This document shows positions 9,185 to 19,760 of a DNA stretch of 64,000 bases, piece by piece. Numbering within the stretch: position 1 is the stretch's first letter; each line of letters opens with the position of its first letter. Made by a program: the position numbers and the translations under genes. The DNA is taken from positions 26,042-90,041 of the forward strand of contig JARLGO010000222.1 in the NCBI GenBank assembly GCA_031292655.1, written 5' to 3'. The stretch is from Geothrix sp. GTDB taxonomy: Bacteria; Acidobacteriota; Holophagae; Holophagales; Holophagaceae. Under the pieces are notes generated by a model. It made no database searches. It was not told the DNA's origin and was given only the letters and a program-made list of their open reading frames with translations.

Positions 9185-12166
9185 TTAGATCCCGGCCTCG
9201 CGCAGGATGTTGGCGACGGCGGCGCGGAAAGCCTCGGGGCTGTACTCGGCGGCGAGGCGCGCGAGGGCGTTTTCCCGCAGCGCCGTCCAGAGGGCTTCGG
9301 ATTTGTAGAGCCGGGCGATTTCGCGGGCGAAGGTTTTGGCGTCGTTGACCGGGGCGCTGAGGAGTTTCTGGCCCGCGCGCCAGCCGAGTTGATCGGCAAG
9401 CAGCGCGCTCGCCACGCAGGGCAGGCCGAACGCCGCCGTCTCGAAAATCTTATAGGGCGTGCCCGCGGCAAAGCGCGTGGGCGCGATGAAGATGCGCGCC
9501 GCGTTGTAGAACGGGGCGAGGTCGCTGACCGCGCCGTGGAATTTTATGCCCTTGTGTTGGCGCAAGACGCCCAGGTCGATCCCCGGCGCGGTGTGGCCGA
9601 CGACGTGGAGCTGCGGGGCCTTGCCAAGTTCGGCGGCCAGGGCGGGGAGGAGTTCGTTCGCGGTCCAGTGCAGCGCGTCGAGATTGGGGCTGTCCGCCTG
9701 GTGGATGGCGGCGACGAAGAGCAGGCCGTCGCGCTCGGCAAAGCTGGCCGGGGTCGGGCTGGGCGCGCGCGCCGTGCCGAGCAGGGCGGCGGTTTTGAGG
9801 CCGATTTTTTGCAACTGCGCGACCTCGCCGACGCTGACGGCGAGGATTTTACGGCAGGATTTTGCCCCCAAGAATTCGGCGCGCAGGGCGGCGGGCAGGT
9901 TGAAATCCTCGCCGGTCAGGCGGGCGCGGGCGGCGGCGCGGTTGGCGGCGAGGGCTTCGGTGTCGAGGATGATCGGGGTTTGGATGCCAGCTTCCACCAG
10001 CAACGGGTGCAGCCGGGCAAAGTTATGCGTGCGCGCGATCCAGATCAGGTCGTAGGCGTTGGCGCGGGCGGCCAGAAATTCAGGCAGGGAGAGAAAATCC
10101 CGGTCGTGCAGCAGCTCGGCGGTTTCGGGCAGGTCGCCGTAGAGATGCATCAGATCGTAGGGCGCGCCGTTCATGGGGAAGACGTGGACATTATAGCCCG
10201 CGGCGGCGATGGCGTGGACGATGTCGTTCGAGCGCACGAAGCCCGAGCCGAGGCGGCGCAGCGGGAGGGTGTCCTCGATGAAGAGGACGCTCGGGCTTGC
10301 GCTGCGGCTGCGCGCCGCGATCAGGTTTTCCGGCGTCGGGGACGGGCGGGTGCTGAGAAAATCCTTGTGCCTGGTTTTGAAAATGCGGCGGCCACGGCGC
10401 ATCAGCGCCATTGAGGCTTCGGTGGTGCTGGCGCTGCCAAACTCCAGGTGATGCACGACGACCCCCGGATCGTAGATGATTTTCGCGCCCGACTGGAGGA
10501 GCCGCACGCAGAGATCGGCGTCCTCGAAATAGGCCGGGGCAAAAGCATCGTCGAAGCCGCCGAGTAGGCGCACCAGTGCGGTACGGCAGAGAAGAAAGAC
10601 GGCGGAGCAGTAATCCACCTCGCGGACGAAGTTGGCTTCCCCCGCCAGGGGCGAGGCGTCGCGCAGGTAGCCGGTGGTGGTGCCGTCGTTCCAGATGATC
10701 GAGCCTGCTTCCTGCAACTGGCCGTTGGTGCGGATGATCTTGCCGCCGACCGCGCCGATATCGGGCGCGCTGCGCAGGCGGGCGAGGGCGGTCTCGATGG
10801 CGCCGTGGGCGAGTTCGGTGTCGTTGTTCAGGTAGAGCAGGGCAGGGGCGGTGACCTGCGCCAGGCCGAGGTTGCAGGCGCGCAGGAAGCCGAGGTTCTT
10901 CTCCTGACGCAGGATTTTTGCCCCCCTCAGGTAATCCCCGATATCGCGGGTTTCGTCGGTCGAGGCGTTGTCCACGAGGATTAGCTGGGTCGGCCCGGCG
11001 AAATTATCCCGCAGCGAGGCGAGGGCCTGCAAGGTCAGCTCGATATGGTTGAACGCGACCATGATGACGGAAAGTTCGGGCGGCGCGCAGGGCGTAAAAT
11101 CCAGCTTGTTGCGGGCGAAGAGGGGCAGGTTGGCGCGCGCCTTCTGGAGAAAGAGGCTGCGCGTCAGGGCTTCGTCCAGGCTCGGTTTTTCGTCCGGCGG
11201 GCAATAGGCGAGGCCGTCCTTGAGGCCGATGGCGCGCAGATGGGCGAAGGCGTCGCGCACCGCGCCGGAGTTCAGCGCGTTGCGGACGGCCTCGTTCATG
11301 TCGCGGTAATAGGCGAGGTCGATGCCCGCGGCGGGCTGGCGCAGCTCGAAGGTGCCGTACTGGACGAATTGCTGGTAGCCCGAGCGGTAGAGCCCGTTCT
11401 CGATGGCGGCGGCGATGTCGGGGTGGCGGCGGCGGTAGAAACTCTCGGAGAATTGCGCGACGGGGTCGAGATATTCGCGCCCCTCGCTGGTCAGGTAGTG
11501 GTGGATGGCGCAGGCATAGCGGCCACGGGCGATGTCGGCCTTCGCGCCGGGGTGATGCTCGATATACCAGGCGGGGTCGAAATAAATCGAGGGCGCCAGC
11601 TCTTCCTCGCCGCTGCCCAGACGGTGCAGGTAATGGACATAGGGACCGACAGCGGCAACCTCCCCCTCCGCCACGCCCGCCTCCTGCGCCTGGGCGCGGT
11701 AATAGGTCGAATCGAAGAGGAAATGGCCCATGCGCTGCTCGAACTGGCCGGATTTCAGGTAGTGGTCGTAGCGGCCGTAGCAGGCGTGCTGGTCGAGATT
11801 CTCCAGCGTCATGTCCTCGTGGAGATTGGCGTACAGCTCGTCGTCGAAAAGCCAGTGCGGGGAGACGCCGCGATGGCCCTGCTGGCAGAAATGGTCGAAG
11901 CCGGACGCATAGGCCCCGGCGCGGACCAGCTCGGCGATGTCCGGGTTGCGGGCGAGGTAGAACAGCTCATCAAACAGCGGGCTGGGGCTGTGGCCAAGGC
12001 GCGCACCGGTGCGTAGGTAATAGAGCAGGGCGGCGTCCTGCGGCTTGTCGGCGCAGAGGGCGCGGGCGTCGGCATGGTGGCGCAGATACCAGGCACGGTC
12101 GAAAACCGCCCAGGCGGGCTTGAGCGCGCAGGCGGGGTTCAGCAGATGGTGCGCGGGCAGGGGCAT
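9185..12166 (-). CDS. Multidomain glycosyltransferase: N-terminal repeats + GT2 + GT4-like
   Basis: LVDNASTD, NLGFLRACN, LNNDT, YFEDADLC (GT2); APTRFAAGTPYKIFE (GT-B); start 12166 or 12208. Confidence 0.85.
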   Translation of the reverse strand: MPLPAHHLLNPACALKPAWAVFDRAWYLRHHADARALCADKPQDAALLYYLRTGARLGHSPSPLFDELFYLARNPDIAELVRAGAYASGFDHFCQQGHRGVSPHWLFDDELYANLHEDMTLENLDQHACYGRYDHYLKSGQFEQRMGHFLFDSTYYRAQAQEAGVAEGEVAAVGPYVHYLHRLGSGEEELAPSIYFDPAWYIEHHPGAKADIARGRYACAIHHYLTSEGREYLDPVAQFSESFYRRRHPDIAAAIENGLYRSGYQQFVQYGTFELRQPAAGIDLAYYRDMNEAVRNALNSGAVRDAFAHLRAIGLKDGLAYCPPDEKPSLDEALTRSLFLQKARANLPLFARNKLDFTPCAPPELSVIMVAFNHIELTLQALASLRDNFAGPTQLILVDNASTDETRDIGDYLRGAKILRQEKNLGFLRACNLGLAQVTAPALLYLNNDTELAHGAIETALARLRSAPDIGAVGGKIIRTNGQLQEAGSIIWNDGTTTGYLRDASPLAGEANFVREVDYCSAVFLLCRTALVRLLGGFDDAFAPAYFEDADLCVRLLQSGAKIIYDPGVVVHHLEFGSASTTEASMALMRRGRRIFKTRHKDFLSTRPSPTPENLIAARSRSASPSVLFIEDTLPLRRLGSGFVRSNDIVHAIAAAGYNVHVFPMNGAPYDLMHLYGDLPETAELLHDRDFLSLPEFLAARANAYDLIWIARTHNFARLHPLLVEAGIQTPIILDTEALAANRAAARARLTGEDFNLPAALRAEFLGAKSCRKILAVSVGEVAQLQKIGLKTAALLGTARAPSPTPASFAERDGLLFVAAIHQADSPNLDALHWTANELLPALAAELGKAPQLHVVGHTAPGIDLGVLRQHKGIKFHGAVSDLAPFYNAARIFIAPTRFAAGTPYKIFETAAFGLPCVASALLADQLGWRAGQKLLSAPVNDAKTFAREIARLYKSEALWTALRENALARLAAEYSPEAFRAAVANILREAGI

Positions 12167-12237
12167 GGCAGGTTGGGCTTGGCCTTGTGGTTCCCGCCGA
12201 GGTTGCAACGGAATGTTTTAATGTCAAGTAAAGCGGA

Positions 12238-12648
12238 TCAGCGCATCAGGCCCAGGCGCGGCATGTCGATCGCCGGGCAGCGGTCCATGACCACGTTGAG
12301 ACCGGCGGCGCGGGCGGCTTTGGCGGCGTCCTCGTTGACCACGCCGAGCTGCATCCAGATGGTTTTTGCCCCCAGGCGAATCGCGTCCGCCACCGGGGCG
12401 CCGACCTCGGAGGCGCGGCGAAAAAGATCGACCATGTCGAGCGGGCCTGCTTCATCAAGGCTGGCGACGACGCGGCGACCCAAAATTTCCTGCCCCGCGA
12501 GGCCGGGATTGACCGGGGTGACCTCGAACCCCTGGTCCAAAAGAAACGCCATGACGCCATAAGACGGGCGGCTGGGCTTGTTCGACGCGCCGACCAGCGC
12601 GATGCGCCGCGTCGTGGTGAGGATGGCGCGAAGTTGGTCGTCGGACAT
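12238..12648 (-). CDS. CoA-binding protein (YccU-like)
   Basis: IALVGASNKPSRPSY, PVNP, DLFRR, WMQLGV, VMDRC. Confidence 0.9.
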   Translation of the reverse strand: MSDDQLRAILTTTRRIALVGASNKPSRPSYGVMAFLLDQGFEVTPVNPGLAGQEILGRRVVASLDEAGPLDMVDLFRRASEVGAPVADAIRLGAKTIWMQLGVVNEDAAKAARAAGLNVVMDRCPAIDMPRLGLMR

Positions 12649-12688
12649 GTCTCTTCCCCTATAGTGGCCCGCCTTGTATGGCTGCGGC

Positions 12689-14287
12689 ATGAAAAAAGGT
12701 CTTATCGCCTGCGTATTGTTGAGTATCCTTACCTTCTTCTGCTGGGCCACGCCGAATCAGCCACAGGCTGGGGATGTGACCATGCCGGTAGGCAAGTTCA
12801 ATTCGGTTTCCTATGCGCCGTATCAGGCGTGGCAGTCGCCGCTGGATAAGACCTATCCGAGCGGCGCGGAAGTGGCCAAGGACCTGGCCCTGATCGCAAC
12901 CCAGGCGAACGGCATCCGCACCTATTCGGCGATCGAGGGCAAGTACGATATCGGCGCGCTGGCCAAACAGGCGGGCTTAAAGGTTTGGCTGGGAATCTGG
13001 CTCAGCGCCAACAAGGCCGATAACGCGAAGGAAATGGCGGCGGGCATCGCCGAGGCCAACGCGCACCCCAACACCATCACCCGCGTGGTCGTGGGCAACG
13101 AGGTGCTGCTGCGCCGCGACCTCTCGGTGGACGACCTGATCACGGATATCGACTACGTCCATGCGCGGGTGAAACAGCCGGTGGCCTACGCGGATGTGAC
13201 CGATTTCTGGAAACAATTCCCGCAGGTCGCACCCCATGTCGATGTCGTGATGATCCATTTCCTGCCCTATTGGGAGGATAAGCCGCTCGATGTGGACGCG
13301 GCGATCAACAACATCCGCGCCACCACGGATGACTTCAAGCAGATGTTTCCGGGCAAGGTGATCTCCATCGGCGAAACCGGCTGGCCCTCGCGCGGACGCT
13401 GGCGGGGCGCCGCTGCCCCCTCGCGCGTCAACGAGGCGGTGTTTTTGCGCCAGTTCGTGACCCTCGCGGACCAGGAAGGGGTGGATTACAACCTGATCGA
13501 AGCCTTCGACCAGCCCTGGAAATACCAGGACGAAGGCGTCGCCGGGGCGAACTGGGGCATCTGGAACGCCCAGCGCGAAGCAAAATTCCCGCTCAACGGC
13601 GGCGTGGTCGAACACCCCGACTGGCCCTGGTACGCGGCCCTGGGGGCGTTGATGGGGAGCCTGCTCTTCTGGTCGGTCGGCTTCCGCAATATCCGCCTGG
13701 CGCTGCCCGCCTTCGCCCTGGGCAACGGCTTCGCCATCGCCTGCATCGGCACGCTGCCCATGCTCTACGACCACTGGCTCGAACTCGACGCGCTGGTGAA
13801 CCTGCCCCTCCAGGCAATCTTCGCCTTCCTCGTCATCCGCCGCGCCGACGCCTTCCTGAGCCATGCCCCGCTGCCCGCCACAACCTCCGGCGCGCAAACA
13901 ATCGCCGCCCTGCGCCGGGGCAGGCTGCTGATGAACTACGACTCCCTCTGGTTCGTCTTCCTCGCCAGCGCCGCCGTGTTCGAGGCCATGCTGCTGTTCG
14001 ACGGCCGCTACCGCGACGCACCCCTGCCCGTCTTCATCGTCCCCGTCATCGCCGCAATCCTGCGCTTCTGGACCAAAGACAAACCTAAATCGATGGGCTG
14101 GGAAGAACTCCTCGCCGCCAACACACTGGCAATCCTCGCCATCGCCGACGCCGTCATCGAAGGCGGAAATAATCTCGACTTCGTCACCTGGAATATCGCC
14201 GCCCTCGTCCTCGCCGCCCCGATCGTCATCGCCCAGGAAACCAAACGCGGCAAACCCAAACCGAAAGGCCCACGACGGGGGTTTTGA
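12689..14287 (+). CDS. Membrane-bound GH17 beta-glucan transglycosylase (NdvC-like)
   Basis: IRTYS, VVVGNEVLLR, IGETGWPS, IEAFDQPWK; TM C-terminus with FDGRYRD. Confidence 0.8.
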   Translation: MKKGLIACVLLSILTFFCWATPNQPQAGDVTMPVGKFNSVSYAPYQAWQSPLDKTYPSGAEVAKDLALIATQANGIRTYSAIEGKYDIGALAKQAGLKVWLGIWLSANKADNAKEMAAGIAEANAHPNTITRVVVGNEVLLRRDLSVDDLITDIDYVHARVKQPVAYADVTDFWKQFPQVAPHVDVVMIHFLPYWEDKPLDVDAAINNIRATTDDFKQMFPGKVISIGETGWPSRGRWRGAAAPSRVNEAVFLRQFVTLADQEGVDYNLIEAFDQPWKYQDEGVAGANWGIWNAQREAKFPLNGGVVEHPDWPWYAALGALMGSLLFWSVGFRNIRLALPAFALGNGFAIACIGTLPMLYDHWLELDALVNLPLQAIFAFLVIRRADAFLSHAPLPATTSGAQTIAALRRGRLLMNYDSLWFVFLASAAVFEAMLLFDGRYRDAPLPVFIVPVIAAILRFWTKDKPKSMGWEELLAANTLAILAIADAVIEGGNNLDFVTWNIAALVLAAPIVIAQETKRGKPKPKGPRRGF

Positions 14288-14296
14288 GGCGGGGGT

Positions 14297-14317
14297 CCAG
14301 GGGGCAGCGCCCCCTGG
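14297..14317. repeat. REP-like palindrome CCAGGGGGC-AGC-GCCCCCTGG (possibly terminator)
   Basis: Perfect 9-bp stem between convergent genes; degenerate copy at 21753-21772. Confidence 0.65.
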
Positions 14318-14340
14318 CCTTTCTTCCCTAAATCCCTGCC

Positions 14341-14964
14341 TTAAATCCCGTTGATGCGGTCTTCGGCGGGGGTTTCTGTGGCGTTGGTGATCATTTCGAT
14401 ACGACCGGTGATTTGGCCGCCGTCTTCGACCTGGAGGCGGCGGCAGCGGGCGATACCGAGGACGCGGCCGGTGGCGCGGACGATGAGGGCGTGGCGTGCG
14501 GTGAGGGTTCCGTCGATGGTTCCGGCGACTTCGGCTTCGTCCACTTCGACTTCGCCTTTGAAGACGCCGCCGTGGGCGATGGAGAGTTCGGCCAGGCCGT
14601 TGATCATATTGGCTTCGACGGTGCCTTCGACGACGAGGCGTTCGGCGTCCTGCACGGTGCCTTGGACGCTGATGCCCCGGCCGACGACCAGGGTGCGGCG
14701 CGGCTGTTCTTCGTCACGTGGGCTGACGACGTTGCGCATTGGCATATTGCCGGGGCCGGCGATCGGGCTGGGCGGGCTGGGCGGCATGGGCGGGGCGAAG
14801 GGCGAGCGGGCCATAGGGGTCTCCTTGAGGCTGGGTGGGGTGAGGTCCGGCGCCGGGCTGGGTTCATCAGCGGCCGGTGCGGCGGGCAGGTCATTGCCAG
14901 AAGGCGGCAACGGCTTGGCAATGACGGGCGGTTTCGGTGGTTCAGGCTTGCGTAGATTAAACAC
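14341..14964 (-). CDS. Bactofilin (polymer-forming cytoskeletal protein) with Pro-rich N-terminus
   Basis: LVVGRGISVQG...LVVEG.VE...G.I.G beta-helix repeats; GGAGGA RBS before GTG at 14964. Confidence 0.85.
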   Translation of the reverse strand: MFNLRKPEPPKPPVIAKPLPPSGNDLPAAPAADEPSPAPDLTPPSLKETPMARSPFAPPMPPSPPSPIAGPGNMPMRNVVSPRDEEQPRRTLVVGRGISVQGTVQDAERLVVEGTVEANMINGLAELSIAHGGVFKGEVEVDEAEVAGTIDGTLTARHALIVRATGRVLGIARCRRLQVEDGGQITGRIEMITNATETPAEDRINGI

Positions 14965-15119
14965 GAATCCTCCCTGGCTCTGGCATCGTGGGTGCGCAGC
15001 TAGCACGGGGGGTGGCGCGGCGACAACCTTAGCGGGGGGCTGATCTGCGCGGGGATATTTGCCGCTTTGGCGATGGGGATGCTAACGCGATTGTGAAAAA
15101 CCCTTGGAGATTCCCCGGC

Positions 15120-16100
15120 ATGGCCGTCACCCGCTTCGATATCACCGGCATTGGCAACGCGATTGTCGATTTTCTATTGCTCACGGATGACGGTTTTTTA
15201 AGTCGCCATGACATGCCCAAGGGCGCGATGTCGCTGATCGACGCGGATACGGCGACGAAACTGACCGCGGCGATGCAGGGCGGGCTGACCGCGTCTGGCG
15301 GCTCGGTGGCCAACACCTGCGCGGTGGCGGCGGCGTTGGGTGCGCGCGTGGCGTTTTTGGGCAAGGTTGCGGGCGATGAGATGGGCGAGGTGTTTCGCCG
15401 CGAGATTGCCGCGCATGGCGTGCATTATCCGACCGCCTCGCTCCAGGCCGCCATTCCCACCGCGCGCTGCCTGATTCTGGTGACGCCCGATGGCCAGCGC
15501 ACGATGAACACCTATCTCGGCGCGGGCGGTGAGTTTGCCCTGCATGATCTCGACGAGACGGTGATCGCGGCGTCGGCGGTGACGTATCTGGAGGGCTATT
15601 TGTTCGACCCGCCAGCGGCGCAGGCGGCGTTTGCCGAGGCGGCGCGGATGGCGCGTGCGGCGGGGCAGCGCACTGCGCTCTCGCTCTCCGACGCGTTCTG
15701 CGTGGACCGGCACCGCAATGGTTTCCGCCGGTTGATCGCCGAGGGCGTGGATATTCTGTTCGCCAACGAGGCCGAGATTTGCAGCCTCTATCAGCGCGAT
15801 GATTCAGCCCTGGCGGCGCAGGACGCGGCGGCGGAAATCGGGCTGGTCGTGGTGACCAAGAGCGAGGCGGGCAGCGTGATTCTGCAGGGCGGGACGCAGA
15901 CCGCCGTTCCCGCCCTGCCGGTGACGGTGCTGGATACGACCGGGGCTGGCGATGCCTATGCGGCGGGCTTCCTGACCGCGCTGACCAAGGGCGAGAGCCT
16001 GCATGCGGCGGGGGTTCTGGGGACCAAGGCGGCGGCTTTGGCGATTGCCCAGGTCGGCGCGCGGCCACCGGCGCATGAGCTGAAAGCCTTGCTGGCATGA
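15120..16100 (+). CDS. PfkB family adenosine/nucleoside kinase
   Basis: GIGNAIVD, GGSVANT, RTMNTYLGA, DTTGAGDAY. Confidence 0.88.
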   Translation: MAVTRFDITGIGNAIVDFLLLTDDGFLSRHDMPKGAMSLIDADTATKLTAAMQGGLTASGGSVANTCAVAAALGARVAFLGKVAGDEMGEVFRREIAAHGVHYPTASLQAAIPTARCLILVTPDGQRTMNTYLGAGGEFALHDLDETVIAASAVTYLEGYLFDPPAAQAAFAEAARMARAAGQRTALSLSDAFCVDRHRNGFRRLIAEGVDILFANEAEICSLYQRDDSALAAQDAAAEIGLVVVTKSEAGSVILQGGTQTAVPALPVTVLDTTGAGDAYAAGFLTALTKGESLHAAGVLGTKAAALAIAQVGARPPAHELKALLA

Positions 16101-16846
16101 GTTTCCCCGATATTCTGCTCCTGATCGCGGCGTTTGTCGCGGGGGCGCAGAACGCGCTGGCGGGTGGCGGATCGTTCCTGACCTTCCCGGCGCTGTTGTA
16201 TGCCGGGTTCGACCCGAGGGCGGCGAACATCACCTCGACTCTGGGGCTTTTTCCCTGCCAGGTGACGACCAGCCTCTCGGGGTTGAATATGGTCGAGGGC
16301 GCGGCGGGCTTGTCGCTGCGCACGCTGTTCATCACCAGCGTCGTCGGCGGGGCGATTGGTGCTGTATTGCTGCTGGAGACGCCAGTCAGCGTGTTCACGC
16401 ATCTCGTGCCGTATCTGGTCTTATTCGCCACCGTGGTTTTCGCCTGGGGCAGTTTCTTCGCCAAGAAACGCACCAAGGACGCGCCGCCCCGGATTTCGCC
16501 GCGCGGCGCGCTGATCGCCCAGGTGTTGATTTCGATCTATGGCGGGTATTTTGGCGGCGGGATCGGGATTTTGATGCTCGCGGCGCTGACCGCGGCGGGC
16601 CTGTCGGTGCGCCATGCCGGGGCGACGAAGAACGTGCTGGCCGGGGTGATCAATGTCGCGGCGGTGGTGATTTTCATCCTGCGCACGCATCAGAACTGGT
16701 GGATTATCGTGCCCTTCGCCATTTCGGCGATTATCGGCGGGCAGATCGGCGTCTATATGCTGCGGCGGCTCAACGAGAAGGTGCTGCGCGTCGGCATCAC
16801 CGCGATCGGCGCGCTGCTGACCATCGGGCTGTTTTTGCATCCCTAG
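16097..16846 (+). CDS. TauE/SafE family sulfur-compound transporter
   Basis: NALAGGGSFLTFP, IYGGYFGGGIGILML, KN motif. Confidence 0.88.
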   Translation: MSFPDILLLIAAFVAGAQNALAGGGSFLTFPALLYAGFDPRAANITSTLGLFPCQVTTSLSGLNMVEGAAGLSLRTLFITSVVGGAIGAVLLLETPVSVFTHLVPYLVLFATVVFAWGSFFAKKRTKDAPPRISPRGALIAQVLISIYGGYFGGGIGILMLAALTAAGLSVRHAGATKNVLAGVINVAAVVIFILRTHQNWWIIVPFAISAIIGGQIGVYMLRRLNEKVLRVGITAIGALLTIGLFLHP

Positions 16847-16890
16847 GACAGATCAGTTAGTCGAGTTGTTTAATTGTTTGATAGCGGCGC

Positions 16891-17847
16891 ATGACGCGCC
16901 AACCGGAGCCGAACGCGATCATGACCTCTGAATCCACCCCGATGTCGCCTCAACGCCTGACGCATTTGCAGCGCCTGGAGGCTGAGTCGATCCATATCAT
17001 GCGCGAGGTGGTGGCCGAGACGGAAAAGCCGGTGATGCTCTACTCCGTTGGCAAGGATTCCGCCGTGATGCTGCATCTGGCGCGCAAGGCGTTCTACCCT
17101 TCCCCGCCGCCGTTTCCGCTGCTGCATGTCGATACGACGTGGAAGTTCAAGGCGATGTATGAGTTGCGCGACCGCATGGCGCGCGAGAGCGGGATGGAAC
17201 TGCTGGTCTATCACAACCCGGAAGCCGCCGAGCGCGGGATCAACCCGTTCGATCATGGCGGGCTGCATACGGATATGTGGAAGACCGAGGGGCTCAAACA
17301 GGCGTTGGACAAATACGGCTTCGACGCGGCTTTCGGCGGGGCGCGGCGCGACGAGGAGAAGTCACGCGCCAAGGAGCGGATTTTCTCCTTCCGCTCTGCC
17401 AACCATCGCTGGGACCCGAAGAACCAGCGCCCCGAGCTGTGGAATCTCTACAACGCCCGCAAGGCCAAGGGCGAGAGCATCCGCGTCTTCCCGATTTCCA
17501 ACTGGACCGAGCTGGACATCTGGCAGTATATCCATTTGGAAAATATTCCTATCGTGCCGCTGTATTTCGCCGCCCCGCGCCCGACGGTGGTGCGCGACGG
17601 GCTGATCCTCATGGTGGATGACGAGCGCTTCAAGTTCCGCCCTGGCGAGGAGGTCAAGGAACGCTCGATCCGCTTCCGCACCCTGGGCTGCTACCCGCTG
17701 ACCGGCGCGGTCGAGTCCAAGGCGACGACCCTGCCCGAGGTGATCCAGGAGATGCTCCTGACCACGACCTCCGAGCGCCAGGGCCGCGCGATCGACCATG
17801 ACCAGACGGCGAGCATGGAGAAGAAAAAACAGGAGGGGTATTTCTGA
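16891..17847 (+). CDS. cysD: Sulfate adenylyltransferase subunit 2
   Basis: [39 protein letters not shown]; start may be 16921 or 16942. Confidence 0.97.
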   Translation: MTRQPEPNAIMTSESTPMSPQRLTHLQRLEAESIHIMREVVAETEKPVMLYSVGKDSAVMLHLARKAFYPSPPPFPLLHVDTTWKFKAMYELRDRMARESGMELLVYHNPEAAERGINPFDHGGLHTDMWKTEGLKQALDKYGFDAAFGGARRDEEKSRAKERIFSFRSANHRWDPKNQRPELWNLYNARKAKGESIRVFPISNWTELDIWQYIHLENIPIVPLYFAAPRPTVVRDGLILMVDDERFKFRPGEEVKERSIRFRTLGCYPLTGAVESKATTLPEVIQEMLLTTTSERQGRAIDHDQTASMEKKKQEGYF

Positions 17848-19760
17848 TGTCCGAAACACCCGCACAGGCGAGCGCCTACCAGACCGACGCGCTGATCGCC
17901 CAGGATATCGACGCCTATCTGCTCAAGCACCAGCACAAATCCCTGCTGCGCTTCATCACCTGCGGCTCGGTGGACGACGGCAAATCCACCCTCATCGGGC
18001 GGTTGCTCTATGATTCCAAGATGATCTTCGAGGACCAACTCGCCGCCCTGGAGGCGGATTCCAAGCGCGTCGGCACCCAGGGGCAGAATATCGACTTCGC
18101 CCTGCTGGTGGACGGCCTCGCCGCGGAGCGCGAGCAGGGCATTACCATCGACGTCGCATACCGCTTCTTCGCCACCGACAAGCGCAAGTTCATCGTCGCC
18201 GATACGCCGGGGCATGAGCAATACACGCGCAACATGGTGACAGGCGCCTCGACCGCCGATCTCGCCGTGATCCTGATCGATGCGCGCAAGGGCGTGCTGA
18301 CCCAGACGCGCAGACACAGCTATCTCGCCAGCCTGATCGGCATCCGCCACATCGTCCTGGCGGTGAACAAGATGGACCTGATCGGCTACGATCAGGCGAA
18401 GTACGATGCGATTGTCGCCGACTACGCGAAATTCGCCGAGGGCATCGGCATTGCCGCCTTCACGCCGATGCCGATTTCCGGCTTCATGGGCGACAATATC
18501 ACCACGAAATCGCCCAACATGCCCTGGTATCCGGGGGTGCCGCTGATCTCCTTCCTGGAGACCGTGGCGCTGGACGCCACGGGGGAGGATGAAAAATTCC
18601 GCCTGCCGGTGCAATGGGTGAACCGGCCAAATCTCGACTTCCGGGGCTTCTCCGGGCTGATCGCCAGCGGCGCGATCAAACCCGGCGACGCCGTGCGGGT
18701 ATTGCCCTCGGGCAAGACCTCGACGGTGACGCGGATTGTCACGCTGGAGGGCGATCTGCCGCAGGCCGTCGCCGGACAGTCGGTGACGCTGTGCTTTGCC
18801 GATGAGATCGACTGCTCGCGTGGCGATGTCATCGCCGCCGCCGAGGCCCCGGTGCAGGTGGCGGACCAGTTCGAGGCGACGATGGTGTGGATGGCCGACG
18901 AGGCGCTGGTGCCGGGTCGGCCTTACTGGCTCAAGCTGGGCACGCAGACGGTGACGGCGACGGTGCAACCGCCAAAGTACCAGGTGAACGTCAACACGCT
19001 GGAACATATGGCGGCGAAAACGCTGGAGCTGAATGCCATCGGCGTGGTCAATTTCGCCACCGACCGGCCGATGCCCTTCGAGCCCTACGCGCAGAACCGC
19101 ACGCTCGGCGGGTTTATCCTGATCGACAAGCTGACCAACGCCACCGTCGGCGCCGGGATGATCCATTTCTCGCTGCGCCGGGCGCAGAATGTACACTGGC
19201 AGGCGCTCGATATCAGCCGCGAGACCCATGCGGGACTGAAGAACCAGAAGCCCGCCGTGCTGTGGTTCACCGGGCTTTCGGGGGCGGGCAAATCCACCAT
19301 CGCCAATCTGGTCGAGAAGAAGCTGGTGCGGATGAACCGCCACACCTTCCTGCTCGACGGCGACAACGTGCGCCACGGGCTGAACAAGGACCTCGGCTTC
19401 ACCCAGGCCGACCGGATCGAGAACATCCGCCGCGTCGGCGAGGTCGCGAAGCTGATGACCGATGCCGGGCTGATCGTGATCACCGCGTTCATCAGCCCGT
19501 TCCGCGCCGAGCGGCAGATGGTGCGCGAAATGATGAACGCGGGCGAGTTCATCGAGATCCACATCGACACCCCCCTGGCCGACGCCGAGGCGCGCGACGT
19601 GAAGGGGCTGTACAAGAAAGCCCGCGCCGGGGAGCTGAAGAATTTTACCGGGATCGACAGCCCCTACGAGCCGCCCGCCGCGCCCGAAATCCATATCGAC
19701 ACAACGCGCATGACACCCGAGCAGGCGGCGGAGATGATCGTCGAGATGCTGGTGCCATGA
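17847..19760 (+). CDS. cysNC: Bifunctional sulfate adenylyltransferase subunit 1 / APS kinase (NodQ-type)
   Basis: [18 protein letters not shown] GTPase motifs; C-terminal [10 protein letters not shown]...DGDNVR APS kinase. Confidence 0.97.
   Translation: MSETPAQASAYQTDALIAQDIDAYLLKHQHKSLLRFITCGSVDDGKSTLIGRLLYDSKMIFEDQLAALEADSKRVGTQGQNIDFALLVDGLAAEREQGITIDVAYRFFATDKRKFIVADTPGHEQYTRNMVTGASTADLAVILIDARKGVLTQTRRHSYLASLIGIRHIVLAVNKMDLIGYDQAKYDAIVADYAKFAEGIGIAAFTPMPISGFMGDNITTKSPNMPWYPGVPLISFLETVALDATGEDEKFRLPVQWVNRPNLDFRGFSGLIASGAIKPGDAVRVLPSGKTSTVTRIVTLEGDLPQAVAGQSVTLCFADEIDCSRGDVIAAAEAPVQVADQFEATMVWMADEALVPGRPYWLKLGTQTVTATVQPPKYQVNVNTLEHMAAKTLELNAIGVVNFATDRPMPFEPYAQNRTLGGFILIDKLTNATVGAGMIHFSLRRAQNVHWQALDISRETHAGLKNQKPAVLWFTGLSGAGKSTIANLVEKKLVRMNRHTFLLDGDNVRHGLNKDLGFTQADRIENIRRVGEVAKLMTDAGLIVITAFISPFRAERQMVREMMNAGEFIEIHIDTPLADAEARDVKGLYKKARAGELKNFTGIDSPYEPPAAPEIHIDTTRMTPEQAAEMIVEMLVP

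Noticed and set aside
17691-19694. 667-aa minus-strand ORF
   Set aside because: Antisense shadow of cysNC
18887-19756. Apparent long N-terminal extension of CysQ
   Set aside because: Out-of-frame overlap with cysNC; the real start is the ATG at 19757
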